A stretch of DNA of 32,000 nt, taken from Halomicrobium mukohataei DSM 12286. GTDB taxonomy: Archaea > Halobacteriota > Halobacteria > Halobacteriales > Haloarculaceae. Positions 23,718 through 29,612 of this stretch are shown one piece after another. Made by a program: the position numbers and the translations under genes. The notes under the pieces are model-generated. The model did not search any database, was not told the origin of the DNA, and saw only the letters and a list, made by a program, of their open reading frames with translations. Within the stretch, counting starts at the first letter, position 1. Each line of letters starts with the position of its first letter. The DNA is taken from the NCBI RefSeq assembly GCF_000023965.1, contig NC_013202.1, positions 2,610,001 to 2,642,000 of the forward strand, read 5' to 3'.

Positions 23718-23915
23718 TACGGAACGTTGTCGTTGCGTACCGGTGAGCCACTCTCTGTCCCGACGCTCACCAGTACATCGCGACGACCGTCCGTGCGAGG
23801 GGCCGGCGTCGCTCTCACGGACCGCACACTCTGTAGTGGCTGTGACACGGACGAGCGACGGTACAGGCGGGCCGTCCTGCCGTGGCGCTCGAACGTCGAC
23901 AGCGCCGTCGGTGTC

Positions 23916-23925
23916 TTTATATATT
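23916..23925 (+). promoter_or_regulatory. TATA box (TTTATATATT) for the XRE-CBS regulator gene
   Basis: About 25 nt upstream of the ATG at 23945, consistent with a leaderless mRNA. Confidence 0.5.
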
Positions 23926-23944
23926 ACCGTAGGTAATTGGAGGT

Positions 23945-24487
23945 ATGGAACTTCCGACGCCCGACGATCTGCGGGAACGGCGGACCGAACTTGGCCTGAC
24001 CCAGAGCAAACTCGCGGACCGGGCAGACGTATCACAGCCGCTGATCGCGCGGATCGAGGGCGGCGACGTGGACCCGCGGCTGTCGACGCTTCGACGGATC
24101 GTCAACGCCCTCGAAGAGGCCGAAGGCGGCATTCTCCGAGCCGACGAGCTGATGAACGCCCCGGTCCACAGCGTCGCACCGGACGACTCCGTCCACGAGA
24201 CCCAGGACATCCTCGACGAGGGCAAGTACTCGCAGGTGCCGGTCGTCCGTGACGGCACCCCCGTCGGCCTGATCGGCCACTCCGACATCATCCAGCACGA
24301 CCGCGAGAACGTGGGCGACCTCCCGGTCGCCGACGTGATGCACGAGTCGATCGCGACCGTCGAGACCGACGCGACGATCGACGAGATCGACGCCTACCTG
24401 ACGCACAACGACGCCGTCCTCGTCGTCGACGCCGGCGAGACGGTCGGCATCATCACCGAAGCCGACATCGCGGCCCACGTGAGCTAG
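23945..24487 (+). CDS. XRE-family HTH transcription regulator with a C-terminal CBS-domain pair
   Basis: 180 aa. The N-terminal LRERRTELGLTQSKLADRADVSQPLIARIEGG is a Cro/C1-type HTH. Two CBS repeats follow. Confidence 0.85.
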   Translation: MELPTPDDLRERRTELGLTQSKLADRADVSQPLIARIEGGDVDPRLSTLRRIVNALEEAEGGILRADELMNAPVHSVAPDDSVHETQDILDEGKYSQVPVVRDGTPVGLIGHSDIIQHDRENVGDLPVADVMHESIATVETDATIDEIDAYLTHNDAVLVVDAGETVGIITEADIAAHVS

Positions 24488-24568
24488 CGGGTCTTGGGGC
24501 GTTAGTCGCCGTATACTCGGCTGAACGGTCGGATCACCTTTTGTAGCCCCGTCGCGTCCAGAGCAGCA

Positions 24569-24721
24569 ATGACGGTTCGTCCCGACGACGACAGACTGCA
24601 CCGGCAGCTCGAAACGGCGCTCGAAATTGCCGACGACGATCGCATCAGATATCACCTCCGCGAGGCCCTCCAGTTGCGACTCGTCGCGAACGAACCGCGA
24701 GAGCAGGGGATCGATCGGTAG
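24569..24721 (+). CDS. Small hypothetical protein (50 aa), below the ORF-track size cutoff
   Basis: ATG at 24569 to TAG at 24719-24721 reads MTVRPDDDRLHRQLETALEIADDDRIRYHLREALQLRLVANEPREQGIDR. GC3 is about 74%. A TATA-like CTTTTGTA lies about 26 nt upstream. The sequence is predicted helical and acidic. Confidence 0.4.
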   Translation: MTVRPDDDRLHRQLETALEIADDDRIRYHLREALQLRLVANEPREQGIDR

Positions 24722-24727
24722 TTGGCC

Positions 24728-24880
24728 CCGCTCGCGTTCGACCGCTCACCCGGTCAGCTCTAGCCCGCGGACGGCGACGCAGCTCTCTCCGTCCGTGACC
24801 TCGCCGATGACGCGTCCGTCGGTCGCCTCGACGACGGTCTCGACGGCGCTTTCCGGCATCGCGGCCACGAACCCGGTCCC
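24728..24880. repeat. Direct repeat copy A (153 bp): duplicated purM 3-prime end plus 18 bp of 3-prime flank
   Basis: Matches 24965-25117 at a fixed offset of 237 bp with 4 mismatches (at 24784, 24811, 24815 and 24843). Confidence 0.95.
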
Positions 24881-24964
24881 GCATCCACCTTTTTCGTCGT
24901 CGGGTTCGCTCACGGTGCTCGCGAACCACTCCTCGAAAAACGTGGGCGAAAAACGCGGCTCGCT
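24746..24964 (-). pseudogene. purM 3-prime fragment (remnant encoding the last ~45 residues, preceded by a diverged purM-like stretch)
   Basis: The minus-strand reading is ...SPTFFEEWFASTVSEPDDEKGGCGTGFVAAMPESAVETVVEATDGRVIGEVTDGESCVAVRGLELTG*. It has no N-terminal 280 residues and lies immediately downstream of intact purM, in frame with it. Confidence 0.7.
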
Positions 24965-25117
24965 CCGCTCGCGTTCGACCGCTCACCCGGTCAGCTCTAG
25001 CCCGCGGACGGCGACGCAGCCCTCTCCGTCCGTGACCTCGCCGATGATGCGCCCGTCGGTCGCCTCGACGACGGTCTCGGCGGCGCTTTCCGGCATCGCG
25101 GCCACGAACCCGGTCCC
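24965..25117. repeat. Direct repeat copy B (153 bp): authentic purM 3-prime end plus flank
   Basis: See copy A. Identity is 149/153. Confidence 0.95.
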
Positions 25118-25972
25118 CATGTTGAAGGTCCGGTGCATCTCTTCGTCGGAGACCGAGCCCTCCGACTGGACGAACTCGAAGATCGGCTGAGCGTCGAACG
25201 GGTCGGTTATCTCGTAGCGGTGCTCGCCCATCCGGGTGAGGTTCGTCCAGCCACCCCCGGTCACGTGGGCCGCGGCGTGGGTCTCGGCGTCCCGGAGCGG
25301 ACCCAGCAGGTCGGTGTAGATTCGGGTCGGCGTCAACAGTGCCTCGGCGATCGTCTGCTCGGGATCGCGTGGGTAGTCGTCGGTGTACTCGTGGTTCGCG
25401 GTGACGGCCTCGCGAGCGAGAGTGAGACCGTTGGAGTGGATACCGGCCGAGGGCCAGCCGACGATCGCGTCGCCGGGCTCGGCTTCGCCGGGGAAGACCG
25501 CGTCCTTGGGCGCGAGCCCGGCACAGGTGCCGGCGATGTCCAGCCCCTTGATCACGTCCGGCATCACGGCGGTCTCGCCGCCGACCAGCGCCACGTCGGC
25601 CCGCTTGGCACCCTCGCGCAGTCCGGCACCGATCTGCTCGGACTCCTCGTCGTCCGGCTCCTCGACTGCGAGGTAGTCGACGAACGCCACCGGTTCGACC
25701 CCCGTCGCCACGAGATCGTTGACGTTCATCGCGATGCAGTCGATACCGATCGTCGAGTAGTCGTCGATCGCTTCGGCGACGAGGAGCTTGGTGCCGACGC
25801 CGTCGGTCGCCAGCGCGAGGTACTGGTCGCCGATGTCGACCAGGCCCGCGTAGTCGCCCTCGAACTCGCCGGCCGCTCCGATGAGCGCCGCCGTCGCGGC
25901 TTCGCTGGCGTCGATGTCGACGCCGCTGTCCGCGTATGTCAGCCCCTCCTCGTCGTCGCTGTCGTCGGTCAT
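24983..25972 (-). CDS. purM: Phosphoribosylformylglycinamidine cyclo-ligase (AIR synthetase)
   Basis: 329 aa from the internal ATG (MTDDSDDEEGLTYADSGVDID...). Contains the DGVGTK motif and shows PurM N- and C-domain similarity throughout. The 545-aa track ORF is an Arg-rich over-extension. Confidence 0.95.
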   Translation of the reverse strand: MTDDSDDEEGLTYADSGVDIDASEAATAALIGAAGEFEGDYAGLVDIGDQYLALATDGVGTKLLVAEAIDDYSTIGIDCIAMNVNDLVATGVEPVAFVDYLAVEEPDDEESEQIGAGLREGAKRADVALVGGETAVMPDVIKGLDIAGTCAGLAPKDAVFPGEAEPGDAIVGWPSAGIHSNGLTLAREAVTANHEYTDDYPRDPEQTIAEALLTPTRIYTDLLGPLRDAETHAAAHVTGGGWTNLTRMGEHRYEITDPFDAQPIFEFVQSEGSVSDEEMHRTFNMGTGFVAAMPESAAETVVEATDGRIIGEVTDGEGCVAVRGLELTG

Positions 25973-26025
25973 ATGCGAGAGCGGGCGGCCCGAGAGCAAA
26001 AGACCACCGTTTCCGTGGGACTGGA

Positions 26026-26667
26026 CTACAGTCCGGGAACGCCGGCAAGGAGCACGAAGACCCCCAGCAGGAGCATCGGCGCGGCGACGACGGCGTAGAC
26101 CGGCTTGCTCCAGGCCAGGACCTTCTTGCCGTCGAGAGGACCGAACGGGATCATGTTGAAGCCCGCGAGCAACAGGTTGATCGAGACGCCGAGCGCCGCC
26201 AACTCGAACAGGAGGCCCCCGAAGAGCCCGAACCAGGCGACGACCAGCGGGACGACGAACACCAGCGCGAGGGCGACGTTGGTCACGGGGCCGGCGAGTG
26301 CGATCAGCCCGTTCTCTCGCTCGGAGATCCGACCGCGGTGGTGGACCGCGCCCGGCGCGGCAAAGAGGAAGCCGGCCAGCGCGCTGACGACGGCCAGGAA
26401 CAGCATGTTGTAGTCGGCGCGAAACTCCGCGATCTGGCCGAACCGGACCGCGACGACCTTGTGTGCGAGTTCGTGCAACAGGAAGCCGATCCCCGCGGTG
26501 AACAGACTCACCGCCAGCGCCCCGACGACCGCAGCCGGGTTCGGCGGCCGGCCGGCGAGCATGCCCTGGACCATGTCGTAGTTGATGAAGATCGCGAAGG
26601 CGAGACCCAGCGCGAGCCACGCGATCAGGAGGTCCTTGAGTTCGCGCTCGCTGAAGCGGACGTTCAT
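26026..26667 (-). CDS. Minimal site-2 protease family (peptidase M50) intramembrane metalloprotease
   Basis: 213 aa from the internal ATG (MNVRFSEREL...). HELAH sits in a TM helix, NMIPFGPLDG supplies the third zinc-ligand motif, and about 6 hydrophobic segments are present. The ATG overlaps the upstream gene's stop (ATGA at 26664-26667). Confidence 0.85.
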   Translation of the reverse strand: MNVRFSERELKDLLIAWLALGLAFAIFINYDMVQGMLAGRPPNPAAVVGALAVSLFTAGIGFLLHELAHKVVAVRFGQIAEFRADYNMLFLAVVSALAGFLFAAPGAVHHRGRISERENGLIALAGPVTNVALALVFVVPLVVAWFGLFGGLLFELAALGVSINLLLAGFNMIPFGPLDGKKVLAWSKPVYAVVAAPMLLLGVFVLLAGVPGL

Positions 26668-28238
26668 CGCACCAGCCCCCACAGCAGGTCGGCGCTGTTC
26701 CGTGCGCCCTGGATCATGAGTCGAACGACGCCGTCGACGCCGTTGACGTTCGGTGCGCCGGCCGCGATGATCGGCAGCAGCGTCGTCGCGAACAGCGCGC
26801 TCGCGATCATGCTCCCGACGTTGGTCATCGCAACGATGAGGATGAGTCTGAACAGGGGCACCGCCCGGAGTCGCTGGAAGATGTCGGACAGCGGGGCCTG
26901 TTCGTCGTCGAGGATCTCGTTGAGCGTGCTGATGTCGCCGACGTTGACGTTGACGTATCGCAACTCGATGTAGCCCGCGAACCACCCGGGCGCGAGCAGC
27001 GGATTGACGCTCGTGAGCCACGCGACCGCGCCGCCGACGGCGGAGCTCGACCAGTGAGCTCCGGCGAGTCGGGCCAGGGCCGCGGCGACGATCCCGTTGA
27101 CGAGGAACCAAGTCCCGAACAGCGTGAACAGGAACTCGCTGGAGGCCCCCGGCACGCCGGTGTAGACTGCCATCGCCAGCAGGAGGAAAAAGACCAGGAA
27201 GCCAAGCGTAAAGAGGTAACCAAAGAGCTTGTACGGCGAGAACCAGCCGCCGGTCTCCCGACCGACCAGCGAGGACTCCGGCGGCAGTTCCTCGGGGTGA
27301 TCGAGGTAGCGTTCGATCCCCGCGCGGTGGCCGGCACCGACGATAGCGACGACGTGGTAGCCGGCGTCACGGAGGTCCACGAGGTTGTGTGCGATGTAGG
27401 CGTCGCGCTCGTCGATCAGGGCCTCCGCACCGCCCGGCGAGAACTGGCGAAACTCCTCCATCATCGCCGTCACGACGTCCACGTCGGTGAGTTCGGCGGG
27501 GTCGAACTCCTCGTACTCTTCGCCGCCGCTGGCACGGGTCAACAGTGCGAGGACCGGGATCCCGACCACCAGTGCGACGGCGAGCGCGACGACGAGTCCG
27601 TCTGCGACGGCGACGCCCAGGCCTCCCAGCGCACCGACGAGTGGGAGCGAACCGCCGAGCCAGTTCCCGGCCGGAACCACGAGCGGACCGATCGTCGACT
27701 CGACGACGACGCTCACTAACACCCCGATCGTGAGGCCGATCGAGAGCCCGACGGTTCGGGACTCCCCCATGCCGGCGAACAGAGCGCCGACCAGTGAGAG
27801 CTTCTCCCAGAAAGAGAGGCGCGCCCAGAACCGCTGGACCGTCATCTGGATGTCGCGGTCGACGAGTGCGACCCCCAGACCGTTGCGTTCGGCCGTCTCG
27901 ACTGCGGCCATCATGTCTGCACCGGGACTCACGTCGAAGCGGTCGCCCAGTCGCGTCTGGACGTACGACAGCATCCAGTAGGCCAGAAACTGAAAGACCG
28001 TGTTCCCCCGAAGCAGATCACTGGCGTCGAGATCCTCCGGCGTCTCGCCTTTCATCTGCCTGTAGCGACCCTCGTCCAGCTCGACGGCGACCACGTCGGG
28101 CTGTTCGTCCTCGATCGTCCGTTCGACTTCCTCGACACTATCCTGTGAGACGTGTGCCGTCCCTACTACCGTCACACGCCCCTCGCCACCACCCCCCTGT
28201 GGCAGATTGCGCGTGGTCTCGGCGCGGTCGGTCATCAC
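26664..28238 (-). CDS. TraB/PrgY-family (TIKI/TraB/GumN superfamily) membrane protein
   Basis: 524 aa. The N-terminal VTVVGTAHVS (GTxH) is followed by VVAVELDEGR, and a second GxxH occurs in AIVGAGHRAGIERY. Hydrophobic segments are inserted between the two halves, and the C-terminus is multi-pass. Confidence 0.8.
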   Translation of the reverse strand: MMTDRAETTRNLPQGGGGEGRVTVVGTAHVSQDSVEEVERTIEDEQPDVVAVELDEGRYRQMKGETPEDLDASDLLRGNTVFQFLAYWMLSYVQTRLGDRFDVSPGADMMAAVETAERNGLGVALVDRDIQMTVQRFWARLSFWEKLSLVGALFAGMGESRTVGLSIGLTIGVLVSVVVESTIGPLVVPAGNWLGGSLPLVGALGGLGVAVADGLVVALAVALVVGIPVLALLTRASGGEEYEEFDPAELTDVDVVTAMMEEFRQFSPGGAEALIDERDAYIAHNLVDLRDAGYHVVAIVGAGHRAGIERYLDHPEELPPESSLVGRETGGWFSPYKLFGYLFTLGFLVFFLLLAMAVYTGVPGASSEFLFTLFGTWFLVNGIVAAALARLAGAHWSSSAVGGAVAWLTSVNPLLAPGWFAGYIELRYVNVNVGDISTLNEILDDEQAPLSDIFQRLRAVPLFRLILIVAMTNVGSMIASALFATTLLPIIAAGAPNVNGVDGVVRLMIQGARNSADLLWGLVR

Positions 28239-28458
28239 ACCGGCTACACGGCGGCCACTGTTATGCGTTTCTGTCGGTCACGACTGTCGGTCGGCCGTCA
28301 GGTCACCTGTCGGAACGAGGACTATTCACTGGATCGAACTATCACGGAGAACCTCGTTCTCATCCAACACTATTGCTTTCCGAACGGTAGTTCGAAAAAT
28401 TACCAGACGGCTTGCGATTACATTGTGGTTAGTGACTTTCGAACATCCCAGAAAACGT

Positions 28459-28466
28459 GATATATC
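28459..28466 (+). promoter_or_regulatory. TATA-like box (GATATATC) for the PadR gene
   Basis: About 30 nt upstream of the ATG at 28494, in a low-GC divergent spacer. Confidence 0.4.
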
Positions 28467-28493
28467 GGGGTTTTCAATATACGTCCGAGTTCA

Positions 28494-28769
28494 ATGTACG
28501 ATCTGACTGGATTTCAGCGTGACTTGCTGTACGTCATCGCAGGACTGGACGAACCACACGGGCTCGCGATCAAAGACGAGCTCGAAAAGTACTACGAGAG
28601 CGAGGTAAACCACGGACGCCTGTATCCGAACCTCGACACGCTCGTCGAGAAGGGGATGGTCGAGAAGGGACAGCGCGACCGGCGAACGAACTTCTACGCC
28701 CTGACCAGTCGCGGCAAGCGCGAGCTCAACGCCCGCCAGGACTGGGAGTCCCAGTACGTCACCGCGTAG
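28494..28769 (+). CDS. PadR-family winged-helix transcription regulator
   Basis: 91 aa. FQRDLLYVIAGLDEPHGLAIKDELEKYY....NHGRLYPNLDTLVEKGMVEK.....DRRTNFYALTSRGKREL is a typical PadR pattern. Confidence 0.85.
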   Translation: MYDLTGFQRDLLYVIAGLDEPHGLAIKDELEKYYESEVNHGRLYPNLDTLVEKGMVEKGQRDRRTNFYALTSRGKRELNARQDWESQYVTA

Positions 28770-28897
28770 CTCGGCCCACGAATCCGCGTCGGCGTGTCGA
28801 AGTCACCGACAGCCGTCCGAATACTCGCCACCGCCCGTCCCAGCGTCGCAGTCCTCGACGGCACACGCTTATACGACAACCAGACGAACGCCCAGTC

Positions 28898-29362
28898 ATG
28901 CCACTGGACGTAGAACCGCCGGCACCGCCCGAACTCGACACCGCCGTCGACGCCAGCGACTACGACGACGTCGACGTGGACACGAACGAGTACCGGCGCG
29001 AAGAACTGGAGACGTTCTTGCAGGACGGTGCCTGGGAGCAGGCGTTCACGGAGTGGGCCGAGACGACCGACCTCGACGAGACGGCGTTCGAGATCGTCAG
29101 CGAACTGGATCTCGTCGAGCAGTTCGACTTCTTCTGGGACGACTTCGCACAGCGGGTGGGGTACCACGCCCCGGGACTGCCCGAGGACTGGCGAGAACGA
29201 TCGCTGCACCCGGATCTGAACTCCTGGGACACCGTCTCGGGGATCAACGCCGGCATGGCCGAGCTGGGACGGACGGTCAGCGAGACGCTCAAAGCCGATT
29301 ACGTCGACTGGCAGACCGACCCGGACCTGCCGGACGACCTGCCGGAGTTCGGCGACGAGTGA
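28898..29362 (+). CDS. Highly acidic hypothetical protein
   Basis: 154 aa with high GC3 and a very low predicted pI (D/E-rich, W-rich helices). No motif recognised. Confidence 0.6.
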   Translation: MPLDVEPPAPPELDTAVDASDYDDVDVDTNEYRREELETFLQDGAWEQAFTEWAETTDLDETAFEIVSELDLVEQFDFFWDDFAQRVGYHAPGLPEDWRERSLHPDLNSWDTVSGINAGMAELGRTVSETLKADYVDWQTDPDLPDDLPEFGDE

Positions 29363-29374
29363 CGCCGCGGCCGT

Positions 29375-29554
29375 TCACTCGGCCAGCGGACTGTAATTGC
29401 CGTTGATGTCCCACTCGTGGAGACAGAAGGGATTGCCGGCCTCCTTTTGCTCGCCGTCGACCACGATCTGCCACGAGTCGGTCTCGTCGTCCCAGACGTC
29501 GTGACGACCGCAGCGTTCGCACGTCCGCTCCGAGGGCGGGACGAGTTTCGTCAT
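29375..29554 (-). CDS. Small zinc-finger-like protein (59 aa) with CxxC ... CxHEWD, below the ORF-track cutoff
   Basis: ATG at 29552-29554 (minus strand) to TGA at 29375-29377 reads MTKLVPPSERTCERCGRHDVWDDETDSWQIVVDGEQKEAGNPFCLHEWDINGNYSPLAE. GC3 is high. A TATA-like CATTATTC lies about 25-30 nt upstream. From memory it resembles the haloarchaeal small proteins labelled the HEWD family. Confidence 0.6.
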   Translation of the reverse strand: MTKLVPPSERTCERCGRHDVWDDETDSWQIVVDGEQKEAGNPFCLHEWDINGNYSPLAE

Positions 29555-29612
29555 ACCGCGACAGTGGTGCCAGAGAATAATGAGCGTGCCGGTCCCGTCC
29601 GGCGGCTCCGCG

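Noticed and set aside
24983-24985. The purM TGA as a selenocysteine or programmed read-through codon, because the downstream frame stays open for 79 codons
   Set aside because: The open frame is fully explained by the in-frame duplication. As far as I know, haloarchaea lack the Sec machinery, and I see no SECIS-like structure. Read-through remains only a testable side possibility.
24728-25117. The 153-bp direct repeats as IS-element or prophage ends, or as a CRISPR-like repeat
   Set aside because: Only 84 bp lies between the copies, with no transposase or integrase and no inverted termini. The repeat is simply purM coding sequence plus flank. I kept it as a finding (recombination scar) but not as a mobile element call.
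24645-26620. 467-aa and 545-aa minus-strand ORFs spanning purM and its flanks
   Set aside because: The 467-aa ORF is an Arg-rich alternate frame. The 545-aa ORF is purM with a 216-residue Arg/Gly/Pro-rich upstream extension that overlaps the M50 gene. PurM homology begins at the ATG at 25972.
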